Shown here: positions 11,601-21,628 of the stretch, one piece after another
Layout of the letters: each line of letters begins with the position of its first letter
How positions within the stretch are numbered: the first letter of the stretch is position 1
Assembly: GCA_024704765.1 (NCBI GenBank)
Contig: JAKMXF010000111.1
Span: 636,619-700,618, forward strand
Length of the DNA: 64,000 nt
Source: Oopsacas minuta
Lineage: Eukaryota; Animalia; Porifera
Reading direction: 5' to 3'
The notes under the pieces: generated by a model
What the model was told of the DNA's origin: nothing
Databases searched by the model: none
The model's input: the letters and a program-made list of their open reading frames with translations, nothing else
Made by a program: the position numbers and the translations under genes

Positions 11601-12131
11601 ATTAACCAGATGTTCATAGCAGATCCTAATCTAGCTCGTATCATTCACTCACAAGGCTATCCTAATCACATGATAGAAATGTTAGTACAGGGAGTACCTC
11701 CTATGCATATCTGTATTGACTTTATACCAGGTCTCTTAGAGGAGTCAGATAGCTCCAGTAGCCTTGTGTTCTGTGTACAGCTAACTGCTTGTCTCTGTGA
11801 ACAGTATCCACTGCCTAAAGCTATTGGTGTATGTCAGAAGGTTCTAGAATATTTAAACAGGAAAGTAAGACAGCTGGATAGTAAGGGGAGATCTGATATA
11901 TTCCGTCCATTACTGACGTCTCTGATACACTTCGCGAAAACTTTCCCTACTTTAAGCGAGGACATAACGCTTCTTCTTTTATCAATTCTAAAGCTTGAAG
12001 AAGCTGTTACTCACAGCTGTGTAGAGAATAGAGATGCTAGTATAAACCAGCTGGAGGGGGCTGTTTCTCTAGCCCAGGCAGTGACAGACACATTTGATGT
12101 ATTACTTGACCTGGTGGTGCTTAAGCTATGA
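8628..12131 (+). CDS. INTS2: Integrator complex subunit 2, intronless
   Basis: C-terminal LTEIQCLSCCLINQMFIADPNLARIIHSQGYP...VPPMHICIDFIP...QYPLPKA...FPTLSEDI matches INTS2; N-terminal LLPILPSLVRM; AFDPLLILNCDSRVFRVPP. Confidence 0.93.
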   Translation: MVEHRLELSIGYLIPKVPTKDMLIPSEHIYNAFRTCNITHLESVPSNQLLPILPSLVRMVLYPPLDKSDFWYRQSKRFTQLISTHSAANFITSLFSVDYSAIEEDTLKSIALINKLSAVDSQHDTVSPPSLLIGNIRELALLDFEKSNPDRKIRLVSAELVRLLYNSDSFIGDKYTPSELLLINPYLPLMSRIIVQLTHQLPNLFPIPELCEALIKVNCGAELVCSIAANNPNDFEDILYSLLSGDESQDDQLQFNPLRMKTLCLLCSMNPAYFSIVRRRCVQLKKHMSIAFILALEEANTISTTYLHTDSSLDIELPSFTIDSLLSQPTHANYPVLDFLSSILLNNSDDNCWVTLYLKQALRKNIPSRIFTCVKQHIMDRLLRAIPEIGEGVKEGKSPPLEQMDSDSPHETGDYEHMQTEGAISRVSVLSLTSSQLKFAASVLRVFCILRRLCSLPPTHRETDVIFNLIITPSISLQDGTEFLKVALGALLLCPVFYAGDKENLVMEWYQQLVLILPTADSQDFQLTELLLTIHTLSHNSNQQALVELISAIMSIPLRNKSYQVTKSKEIFLKVFTDEKCSPMILSLPPTPNLNANNTDKFFIQSLLDFLKKKTIPSSMQHTQWIFKQILQCTLPLHSTMLLILKEYITGIVREACKNNSSVVDLLFQRNDIIEMYSNTSLLHNDDLAAQLLVLFYLLTIFSDETIPISSPVSEYTVSMLQHVPIKMLLSKAISHATLCSELYPLLLKLIIDCLPQLWLPQNVLREFNCVQSGMKLETKCIPVHFEKTMNQRSPNLHIIFVLLKQLLNLHVDKLRSFMSVLVELIPDLLSPNIARQTQNIYLTLWERLESVEPRRLWLTTANCLIESEQELTHDDLAFDPLLILNCDSRVFRVPPIYSLLLDTLVAYLASSRVHLYRIERQRELQGIFPPSQDTVPPYELRQTIISTQESAVIQLLIDICIPNDEDKSNQSPFGMQMTNLTEIQCLSCCLINQMFIADPNLARIIHSQGYPNHMIEMLVQGVPPMHICIDFIPGLLEESDSSSSLVFCVQLTACLCEQYPLPKAIGVCQKVLEYLNRKVRQLDSKGRSDIFRPLLTSLIHFAKTFPTLSEDITLLLLSILKLEEAVTHSCVENRDASINQLEGAVSLAQAVTDTFDVLLDLVVLKL

Positions 12132-12412
12132 TATTCTAATTCTCACTATAGGATAGTTCGCATTGAGTAATGTTAATGGCTGTATAATCCCTTTCGTAAT
12201 ACTAACTTACTCTAAGGCATCATACAGTGATTCTTCTACAATAATATTACTATATAGAAGTTCTCCATTCTTTGGACAGTTTTCTGTTTCTCGATGTTAG
12301 AGGCTTTCTCTTTCATGATATCAACATCTGCTCAGCTCTGGCAGCCACTCAAACACAATAACTACTTACCGAATATAAATACACATAGTCTTTTGATTTA
12401 CATTACTGCATT

Positions 12413-12817
12413 ATGTCTAATCACACTACAAATCATAATCATCACTCCCGTAAGGAACGGAAGGGAGGAATACAGGAGCTGCTGGCTGCTGAACAGAGAG
12501 CTGTTTCTAAGATTAATGAGGCTAAGACTAGGAAAATTAAAAAGATGAAAGAAGCACGAGATGAAGCTCAGAAGGAAATTGATAGTTATAGGAAAGAGCT
12601 TCAGGATGAGTTTGAACAAAAATGGAAGAAAGATAAAGCAGCTGACGAATTCTCTCTTCAAATTCAGCGAAAAGTTAGAGATGAAATGCGAACAATTGAT
12701 TCTAAAGTCAGCACAAACAAGAAACAAGTTATTGAGAAAGTTCTCGTGCAAGTCTATGACATCACACCAGAGCTACATGAGAATTTACAGGTTTCTATCC
12801 CATCAGAAACTCTTTAG
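12413..12817 (+). CDS. ATP6V1G: V-type proton ATPase subunit G
   Basis: GGIQELLAAEQRAVSKINEAKTRKIKKMKEARDEAQKEIDSYR...VYDITPELHEN. Confidence 0.95.
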   Translation: MSNHTTNHNHHSRKERKGGIQELLAAEQRAVSKINEAKTRKIKKMKEARDEAQKEIDSYRKELQDEFEQKWKKDKAADEFSLQIQRKVRDEMRTIDSKVSTNKKQVIEKVLVQVYDITPELHENLQVSIPSETL

Positions 12818-13281
12818 ACATCATTTGAGTAGTTCACATCCTCTAGCGTAATATACATATGCTTATACATAATGAGTGAATAGTTGTTACAATGTATGTT
12901 AATTATTAAACAAATATACTTGGTAACATTGGATCTTATGATACAGCTGTTCCCAACCTTTATCACCCGTTGACCCTATACCATTTTTAACACATTCTGT
13001 GTACACCCTCTCAAAGACTGCAAAACAAATTTTGAGATCCTGTGGACCCCCCGCTGTTGTTATGAACCGCTATTATAATGACTTCCATCCCCTTAGAAAT
13101 ACAAATCAATATAATACAGTATTTATTTAATAACAGTGTAAGGTACTCGTGTCAGTCACTAACAAATTGAAGTGTGAAAACAATTTACAAATCCATCTGG
13201 ACAATTCGAATATTAAATTCAAAGTTATTCCTATTTCCTAATAATTTGTTCATTTATACGCTCTGAGCAGAGTTAGTTCAA

Positions 13282-14490
13282 TCATTGCCAGATAGACGAG
13301 TAGTTACCACATAATCCCAATTGTAGAGGGCCTCCTGCTATGTACATTTTCCTGTTGTCTGGACTGTAAGAGTGCGAGTATATTGCATTGGGTAGTTTTG
13401 GTATAGAGTTAAAGAATGTATAGTAATTGTTATCATGACGGATCCATCCCTCACTGGTTCTCAGAGCTAAATGTTCTCCTTCATCTGTTTCTAGGTACCT
13501 CCATGCTCTCAGGTCGAAAAAGTACACGTTACCACGTCCTGTGCCTATTGAAAGAATATGCTCATTGTATGCGATAGAGCGGACACCCCAGGACTTGTCT
13601 ATTGATACTACTTCCTTGCTGTTATCACTACTTGGCCATTCACGGGGATCGAATAGAGTTACTGCCTGTCTACTGCCAATACCGAATATATTATGTTCTG
13701 GGTTGTACTTCATGCAAACATTCTCTGCACAATGAGACAGGTCATATCTGTATATTGGTTTCAATAACTCTACATCCCAGAGGCTGAGTGCTGCTCTACT
13801 GTATCCTGTCTGCAGTGAAGCAAGTGCATTTAAACGTTCGCTGTATACTAAGGATCTTATCTTGTCTCTAGCATCTTCTGGTTTATTCTCCAATGAAGCA
13901 ATTGGTTCTATTGTAGGACAATGTTCACTATATATTGAATTATAGTTGGAAAAGGTTTGTGAAGCGTCCCACAATTGCATTTGTCCGTCATTAGCCCCTG
14001 TAATGAGTACAGAGTTCTTAAGCCATGTGAGAGAGAATATCCACTCTTGATGTCCAACTCCTAGCCCTAGGGGACTGAGATCTGGTAGCGAGTAAAAAGC
14101 AACATCTTCAGGGAATCCACCAGACACAGCTAAGCATGTATTACTCTCATTTATTCCTATAGCATGGATTCCTCTGGATACGAGATGACTGTTACTGCAC
14201 TGATCTTGATATGAATCTCCACTGTCATCTCTCTTGGAAGGGAAGAGAGTAGGGATTTGATATGTGTAGTTAGTCTCTGAATCTACTAGCCACAACTTGT
14301 TGCATTTCGTTCCGCAAAGAATATTTCTGTTATCCAGCCAATGTGAGCAAAATACCTTGTTACTATCTCCTAGATCATTGCAATACTCCTTCAGTGTAGA
14401 AACGTTTTTCTTAGCTGCCAATTCCTGAATTGATTTTGAGATACCAGTAGAATTTCTAAAGTTTCGAGATGTGAGCCAATCACTTGCCAT
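13282..14490 (-). CDS. DCAF12: DDB1- and CUL4-associated factor 12 (WD40), intronless
   Basis: NKVFCSHWLDNRNILCGTKCNKL, GIHAIGIN, GVRSIAY, IGTGRGNVYFFDLRA, AGGPLQLGLCGNYSSIW. Confidence 0.93.
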   Translation of the reverse strand: MASDWLTSRNFRNSTGISKSIQELAAKKNVSTLKEYCNDLGDSNKVFCSHWLDNRNILCGTKCNKLWLVDSETNYTYQIPTLFPSKRDDSGDSYQDQCSNSHLVSRGIHAIGINESNTCLAVSGGFPEDVAFYSLPDLSPLGLGVGHQEWIFSLTWLKNSVLITGANDGQMQLWDASQTFSNYNSIYSEHCPTIEPIASLENKPEDARDKIRSLVYSERLNALASLQTGYSRAALSLWDVELLKPIYRYDLSHCAENVCMKYNPEHNIFGIGSRQAVTLFDPREWPSSDNSKEVVSIDKSWGVRSIAYNEHILSIGTGRGNVYFFDLRAWRYLETDEGEHLALRTSEGWIRHDNNYYTFFNSIPKLPNAIYSHSYSPDNRKMYIAGGPLQLGLCGNYSSIWQ

Positions 14491-14794
14491 TCAAATTGTT
14501 TAATAATATTAGAAATGTTTATTATTAATTTGGCCTATTTATTTATAACGAATCACTGCTATCTAGCATGCCACTTTCAAAGGTTGTTACCCTATTAAGC
14601 TGATTCATATACATTGGTCTATTTCGTTTCAGCCACTTTTGAATTATTTAATTTATGATTCATTTACTACCGTGCGATATCAGATTTTGATTTACATTGG
14701 AATTTACAGTTACATAATGTGTCTTATTAGTTGTACAATCATTCGCACATGCTCAAACTAATCACATTTTTGATGCAGTTCTTATTTTCACAGA

Positions 14795-15823
14795 ATGTTA
14801 GATTGTATTTTTATTATCTTATTATTTTCATCTTTAATCTCTCTCTCTAACACTCTCTCATATGTTAACCCTGTGTTTTCACCTCCGTTCGATTCCCCTA
14901 TAATTCCTTCAGTAATATATGACTCTACATACAATGAGTATGTGCTAACTCTATCAATGAATGGTGTGGATGGCTATGCTGTACAGATATTACATTCTTT
15001 CTCTCCTACAGACTGGATTTCAGATGGTTGGGCTATTCCCAAATTTCCCTGGCTTTGGCATATGGATTCTCAATCATTTAAAGTAGTCCCTCTTTTGAGG
15101 ACACAGTACAATAATATGACTCTCTTGCTTCTTGTATTTTCAGGTGTTCATGAGGATAAACGCTGTATTGGATACGGTATTACTAAGAATCAAGAATTTA
15201 CTACATTTTCTATCAATGAGAACCCACTATATTGTTCCGATAGTATTTCTGATCTATCTCCTTCTCTATACCAGGAGAATTCACGAAGTAAGGTTAATTT
15301 GATATGGAGTGAGAAAGAACTAGATGGAGCTACTCATGTATACAAATCTGTTCTTCGTGTTATGAGAGGAAGACTAGAGATGGAAGATAGCTCAAAGCAA
15401 CACATATTGTCTGCTAGTAATGATTGGGAAGGGAACAGTATATATGCACCTCATCTGTTCAATTTCCAAAACAAATATTATTATCTCTTCTACTCTGGAG
15501 GTAGCGGAGCATCTTCTGGTATAGGCATAGCTCGGGCTAAGTCAATTTCAGATAAATTCGTAAAGTTTATGCGAAACCCGATCCTTCTCTCAGATCCTAA
15601 TGGTAATTCAACAAGTTGGCATGCACCATCATATCCTAGCGTAATAAATACAGGCGATGGAATAGTCACTATGTTCTATCAAGCACTTTCCTATAAGAAC
15701 AGATCTTCCTTGTTGTTAGACCAGTTCTCATATACGCGTGAAAAATGGTTTGAACTTACTCCCGTGTGTGGCACTGATTCTTGGGATTGGTACCCCTCTA
15801 CATGTTATCACACTATTCCTTGA
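14795..15823 (+). CDS. Secreted GH43-like five-bladed beta-propeller protein
   Basis: Signal peptide, YVNPVF, IYAPHLFNFQNKYYYLFYSGG...IGIARAKSISDKFVK..NPIL, and W-F C-terminal blade typical of GH43. Confidence 0.75.
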   Translation: MLDCIFIILLFSSLISLSNTLSYVNPVFSPPFDSPIIPSVIYDSTYNEYVLTLSMNGVDGYAVQILHSFSPTDWISDGWAIPKFPWLWHMDSQSFKVVPLLRTQYNNMTLLLLVFSGVHEDKRCIGYGITKNQEFTTFSINENPLYCSDSISDLSPSLYQENSRSKVNLIWSEKELDGATHVYKSVLRVMRGRLEMEDSSKQHILSASNDWEGNSIYAPHLFNFQNKYYYLFYSGGSGASSGIGIARAKSISDKFVKFMRNPILLSDPNGNSTSWHAPSYPSVINTGDGIVTMFYQALSYKNRSSLLLDQFSYTREKWFELTPVCGTDSWDWYPSTCYHTIP

Positions 15824-15991
15824 TACTACTGGAATATTCTAGAACTCTTTGTAAATATTCTTAGCTTTGTGTATATTTTGTGAACTTATACTTTGTATTA
15901 GTATTTGATATTTTCACTTACTGTAGTATCCTTATCTACTAAATCTCTCCTATAAGATTCCTCATATTATTCGCATAGCTATTGTGTAATT

Positions 15992-18900
15992 ATGCAGGAG
16001 GCTGACAATGCAGGAAAACTCACTCCTGATAAAATATTGGTGAGATTGTTATTTGATATTATATTCTATTACTCCTTGTTGATTTCGTTGTTCACAGAGC
16101 ACTGAGCAGAGATATGAGGATACAAACTGGAAACACGTGATTGTCCTTAACATTGGTGGTACTATTGCAAGTCATAGAACAGAAGAGGGTGAGTCTTGGT
16201 TAGTACATTTATATGGCAAGTTATGTACGTATATACTCTAATGTTATTGTATATTATACTTTAATTATACATTGCAATTGACAGATTAGCTAACATCTTA
16301 TGGATTTGGTTAACTTCATAATGCAACATATCTTGATAGACGGAGGTCTAGCTACAGAGCTAGAAGCCATAGGATGTGACTTGGGTAAGGACCCGTTATG
16401 GAGTGCACGAGTACTAGTACAAGCTCCTGATCGTATTAAGCAAGTTCACAAGAACTTCCTGCTAGCTGGAGCTCACCTACTAATCACTTCTACCTATCAA
16501 GCTAGTATCCCTGGACTATGTAAGCATACAAACTGTACTCCTCCACAAGCTGAGCACTACATGAAGACAGCTGTGTGTATAGCTAAATCTGCTATAGAAG
16601 AGGTTACTGGTTGTAAAAAATTACGTCATCACCTCCCTCTTATAGCAGCATCTATAGGCCCGTATGCTACATACTTACATGATGCTTCTGAATACACTGG
16701 TGTATATCTAGATAGTATGCCATCTGATATACTATGTGATTGGTATAGAGGACAGCTGACAGTTATGACAGATACTGAAGCTGATATTATTGCCTTTGAA
16801 ACAATACCAGGTCTTAGAGAAGCAGAGATTATAAATCATGTTTTGAAAGAGTTTCCTTCTATCTCTGGTTATATATCGTTTACATGTAAAGACACGAAGA
16901 GATTGTCTCATGGCGAGACGTTTAGACAGGCGTTCTATACTCTCAAGGATTCTCCTCAGATATTCGGTATAGGGATTAACTGTACAGCTCCACAACTCAT
17001 TACTCCTCTGCTTACATCAATACAGGACATACAGCATGATAAACTCATACTAGTGTATCCTAACAGTGGAGAGGAGTGGAGAGAGAGTGCATGGACAGGT
17101 ATTAAGGGTGTTAAACCTCTCACAGAGTACATGATAGAATGGTCTAACCTAGGTGTTAGATGGATTGGTGGATGTTGTAGAGTATTTCCTGAAGATATCA
17201 AAGAGATGGGAATTGTAATGAGCTCATTAAATAATAAATAATATTAATGGTTTATTATTAAATATATTAATAATAATTATTCTATGTTTATGTTATATGT
17301 TTATGTCTCTTAGGATATGCTCCTTCTCCTCCTAATCGGTTTCTAGAAAATCTCTTAAAACTATCTAATTTCCACGATGATTCAGTTAACCTCAGTCTCG
17401 TACGGTCTCTACCTAGATACACGAAGCATGGATTTACTCCCATCGCTTTACCGTAAGTAGCAACATATTTGTAATGTAATTATAGCTAATTATTATTATT
17501 GTAACTCAATAAGAAAACGAGAAGACGACAGGCTCCGTATATTCTACACAATGCATGAACTACTCCCACTACTAGACTCCTCAGATATGAATCAAATAGA
17601 CTGGGTTAGGTTAGCTGTCGCGATAGAACAATTCTACAGGGATTTTGACGGGTTTGTGATCCTCCATGGCACTGATACGATGTGTTTCACAAGCTCTGCT
17701 CTCTCATTCATGCTGGAGAACTTAGGAAAGACAATTATTATAACAGGAGCTCAAGTAAGTAATACATCTCCTGATATTATATTACATATATATTATGTTG
17801 CATTATCTTGTATAGATTCCACTAATAGAACCTGACAGTGATGCTGTTAGCAATTTATACGGAGCTATATACATTGCTGGCAATTATATTATTCCTGAGG
17901 TTAGTTAGAAGTTATTATAAGAACCTGTTAAATGCAATTAATATAGAGCAATTACTTGACGTTTTAATGGAATGTTCATACGCATCCTACCTTTATTATT
18001 TGCTGCAGAATCATTCCTAAAATGGCTCGCTTGCTTATACCACTCTGGTATGCTTTGGCTTGTCCCAGTGCATAAATACTAGTCTGAATAATGCATTGTA
18101 TATATTGATTACTCAATTTTTCATGGCTGAAGCTGCCACCATTACATTTGTAGCTATAGAAAATGAGATTATCCAAACTATTGATTCGTTAATCGATATA
18201 CTCAGACTACGGAAGAAGGAATTATTGGATAATCTAGAACAAATACGAAATAAATACTGCACTCAGAGTGATGAATTTGCTACCAATATATCTGAACTAA
18301 AGGCTTATCAGGAAAAATTGAAAAGGAATTCTGAGAAGAGCAATGCTATAATGAAGATACAAGATCACACACTGCAGAATATTAATAGCGAGATTAAACA
18401 ACTCAATAATTTCGTAGCATTACCCTCACTACATTTCGCACACTCTCTCGGAGAAATTAAACAGTCAATTGATAGTATGGAAATAGTGGAAACATGCTTG
18501 GACCTTACTGAAGGAAGACCTCCTTATACCAGTATAGGGAAGGAAGGAAAGAAAGAAGGGAGGTTCAATTTCCCAGTGAGACTAACAATTGATGAGGTTA
18601 ACAATAAAATACTAATAGTAGACCGTCATAATGCTAGAGTACAAGTATTCTCAATTTTGGGTAAATTCTGTGATTCTTTCGGTAGTAAACAGCTTAAAAA
18701 CCCTATGGGGATAGGACTAGGACCTGATTCTATCTTGGTAACAGACTCCCATCATCATTGTATATTCAAATACAACAGATTTGCTTATAACTATGTTAGT
18801 CATATAGGTGGACTAGGCCATATAGAAGGAATGTTAGACTACCCAACATGTGTTGAGACAGACAAAGCTGGAGATGTATTCGTAGGGGAACTAAATAACT

Positions 18901-21401
18901 GGAGGGTATCACGATTCTCAAGTGATCTAAAGTTCCGTTCTACTCTGTGTAATAGGAAATGCCAGCCTTCTCAGTTAAGGTTAATGGATGATCATTTTCT
19001 TGTAATGAGCACTACTCCGTTAGGAATATTCATGTTCTCATATGGGAATATTCTCCTGCAACAGTTACCTATACAGATACATCAAACTTCAGATATAAGC
19101 GGGTATAATCTCTGTCACTCTTTCTTCGTATCAAAAGAAGGTCTCATATTTGTGCCTAATCTAGCTAACCATTGTATTGACGTTAGAACCAAGAATGGTA
19201 GCTTGGTGAAGAGGTTTGGCAAGAGAGGTAAAGGTAAAGGAGAGATAAACTTCCCATTTGATCTGTGTGTAACAGAAGATGGAAGAATTGTGATTTCTAG
19301 TGGTAATCCTACATCCTCTATTCACATATATTGACCTACTGTTATAGGAGAGTATTGTATTACTTTTGTATTTAGTTTTCTATCATACTTGTATTTTGGG
19401 AATTCCTGGAAAACTATTTTATTAAATAATAAATTACTAGTTTGCTTATGCATACCATCATGTCATTATTGTTGTCATGTAACCTCCTCAACAGATATCT
19501 CTCTACTGCTGTAACAAGCTACTCCGAGGAAATAGAGCTACTAAATTAAGTGCAAATGGATTCGAAGCATTTTCATCTCCCAATGCTCCCCCGATAGCAG
19601 TTAAAGGCACTCAATTGAAAAGCAAGTTCTTCTAAATATGGACAATACTATCTAACTGTGATTGTAACCTTATAAGTATTTAGTTGAGTGGGATATCATA
19701 CACAGAAATACTGAACTAGAGAAGTTTAGAGTGCACACAGATATGAATGCTTGTGTTGCTATTCTCAGAATATATCCTGGAATATCTGCACAAGTAGTAA
19801 GTATACGAATCTACCTTGTACAGTAGAACTCGGATAAGACATACCAGCTACAGCATACATAATGATCACTACTCTGCAGGTTAAGAACTTCCTACAACCA
19901 CCTCTACAGGGAGTAGTGCTATTAACATTCGGAACAGGCAACCTGCCCTCTTACCTCAGAGAAGAGATAGAATCTGCCTGCATGAGAGATATAATCATTG
20001 TTAATATATCTCAGTGCATAAACGGCCCTGTTACTGATACCTATGTGCTAGCAAAGGTATAAATAGCCTCATTATTATTTTTTATTATTATATAATGTAT
20101 ATTGTAGAAGTTGTATGCAGCTGGTGCATTATGTGGACACGACATGACTCCAGAAGCAGCCCTCACTAAACTAATATATTTATTCGGGAAAGGTTATTCT
20201 ACTCAGCAGATAAGAAAGGTACTATTCTATCCCCCTAGCTTTATTAAAGTTATAAATAATATAATTACAGTTTATTCCTGCTAATCTGAGAGGAGAACTA
20301 TCTTGCTATTCACAAGCTAATGAGAAGGAGACATCTAACAAGCTCTTGAAAGCTATGGCAGAACATCTTAGTATAAACTCTAAACAGGTAACAACTATCA
20401 ACAAATCCTTATGTTTACTTTTAGGTACATAAAGTAAACAAATTTCAATATTGTTGTAGACACATACTTTCAATGACAATATTAGTATACTCGAGTATGC
20501 TGAGTCTGAATATTGTAAACAACATCAATATTAATTCATCTCAATTGTTGTTTATCTGTTTGTTTGTCCGTTGAATACCTCGAGGCGCAATGCGCCGAGT
20601 TCATCGCGTAGCGACGAGCCAAAGGCTCGTAATAATAAAGTTATAATACGTACATATCATATACAGGAACTCTTGATGCTACGTAACGTCTTGATACCTC
20701 CTATACTATGTGCTGCTGCTAAGGATGGAGACATGGATATGTTAAGATCCAACCTGGGAGATCTAGAGTCTACTTATGTAAGATTCATCTGGTATTGTAT
20801 ATCTGCTATTTGACATGTGTTTACTAGAGTTATAATCTGGTTAATACAGCTGATTACGACAGACGTACAGCTCTACACATAGCTGTATCAGAAGGTCACT
20901 ATGAAGTAGTGGAATGTCTGTTGAAGTTAGGAGCTAGTGTTCATCAGACAGATAGATGGGATCAAAATCCGTTACGATGTGCTATCGAATACAAGTACGT
21001 TCATTTTCCTTTGTTAATAACAAATGTAATTATATTATTCAATTAGACAGCTGACTATTATAGAACTGTTGAAACAGGCAGGAGCTCATCTTAATGAGAA
21101 TGAATCTACTATTGGAATACAAACCTGCAAGTAAGCAGTATTAGCTATTTACACGTTTGTTATTTAACATAATTTGTATAGAGCAGTAGGAGAATCAAAT
21201 ATTGACATTCTCAAGGCTTGGAGATTAGCTGGAGCTACTCTTGAGGAGGCAGACTACTCAGGTTGTACCCCAATGCAACTGGTAATAGGAACTAAGCTTT
21301 TGTGTATATTCCACATATTTATTTGTTATCTTTCCCGTTTTTAGGCAAGGAAACTACACGATACGAAGATAATAGAATATCTGGAATCTACATTGGAATA
21401 G
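15992..21401 (+). CDS. ASPG: 60 kDa lysophospholipase / L-asparaginase with ankyrin repeats, ~14 exons; hosts two nested genes
   Basis: Spliced exons give NIGGTI (16098-16188), FHDD, LDSSDM...HGTDTM...ENLGKTIIITGAQ, LLRGNRATK, LRIYPGI, TFGTGN, HDMTPEAALTKL, NLRGEL, ankyrin DYDRRTALHIA; stop TAG at 21399-21401. Confidence 0.93.
16300..17241 (+). CDS. Homocysteine S-methyltransferase (MmuM/HMT type), intronless, nested in ASPG intron 16189-17313
   Basis: LIDGGLATELE, ITSTYQAS, IAASIGPYA, FETIP, GINC and GGCC zinc ligands, VYPNSGE. Confidence 0.95.
   Translation: MDLVNFIMQHILIDGGLATELEAIGCDLGKDPLWSARVLVQAPDRIKQVHKNFLLAGAHLLITSTYQASIPGLCKHTNCTPPQAEHYMKTAVCIAKSAIEEVTGCKKLRHHLPLIAASIGPYATYLHDASEYTGVYLDSMPSDILCDWYRGQLTVMTDTEADIIAFETIPGLREAEIINHVLKEFPSISGYISFTCKDTKRLSHGETFRQAFYTLKDSPQIFGIGINCTAPQLITPLLTSIQDIQHDKLILVYPNSGEEWRESAWTGIKGVKPLTEYMIEWSNLGVRWIGGCCRVFPEDIKEMGIVMSSLNNK
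18123..19334 (+). CDS. Coiled-coil plus NHL-repeat protein (TRIM-like, no RING), nested in ASPG intron 17900-19494
   Basis: N-terminal coiled coil; NHL blades GKEGKKEGRFNFPVRL, VDRHNARVQVF, LKNPMGI, LDYPTCV, GKGKGEINFPFDL. Confidence 0.88.
   Translation: MAEAATITFVAIENEIIQTIDSLIDILRLRKKELLDNLEQIRNKYCTQSDEFATNISELKAYQEKLKRNSEKSNAIMKIQDHTLQNINSEIKQLNNFVALPSLHFAHSLGEIKQSIDSMEIVETCLDLTEGRPPYTSIGKEGKKEGRFNFPVRLTIDEVNNKILIVDRHNARVQVFSILGKFCDSFGSKQLKNPMGIGLGPDSILVTDSHHHCIFKYNRFAYNYVSHIGGLGHIEGMLDYPTCVETDKAGDVFVGELNNWRVSRFSSDLKFRSTLCNRKCQPSQLRLMDDHFLVMSTTPLGIFMFSYGNILLQQLPIQIHQTSDISGYNLCHSFFVSKEGLIFVPNLANHCIDVRTKNGSLVKRFGKRGKGKGEINFPFDLCVTEDGRIVISSGNPTSSIHIY
20429..20630. repeat. Dispersed repeat, copy 2 (opposite orientation to 551-752), in ASPG intron 20388-20666
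   Basis: Reverse complement aligns along its length with 551-752; hairpin ACGAGCC-AAA-GGCTCGT at 20614-20630. Confidence 0.9.
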
Positions 21402-21628
21402 TTCTTTTAACTCTATCAGCTTCAATCAGAATTACTCACAGTTGGCATAGCTCATTTATTATATAATATCATGTATGTTATTAGCTTAATTCATTCATTT
21501 TTAACTCAGCAATACGACAACATTCTGTATAAATATATTGTCAAAAATAAATAGTAGTAAACACACCTTACATATATTTTCACCTAAATATACTGCTATT
21601 AGTATTATTAGTTTGTTGGGCTCTATTA

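Noticed and set aside
12944-13060. hAT/Charlie-like end cagctgttcccaacct, and a possible opposite end ggttgggaaactag near 33500
   Set aside because: Only single ends, 20 kb apart, with no matching TSD; I cannot define an element.
4466-15823. PMP-like and GH43-like genes as bacterial contamination or a symbiont scaffold
   Set aside because: They are interleaved with intron-containing metazoan genes, have similar base composition, and carry eukaryotic signal peptides and sequons.
1448-17241. MMAB plus homocysteine methyltransferase as a B12/methionine metabolic cluster
   Set aside because: They are 14 kb apart with unrelated genes between them, and this HMT type is cobalamin-independent.
17551-20062. 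Short ORFs 17551-17835 and 19862-20062 as separate genes
   Set aside because: They are internal exons of ASPG read through into introns.
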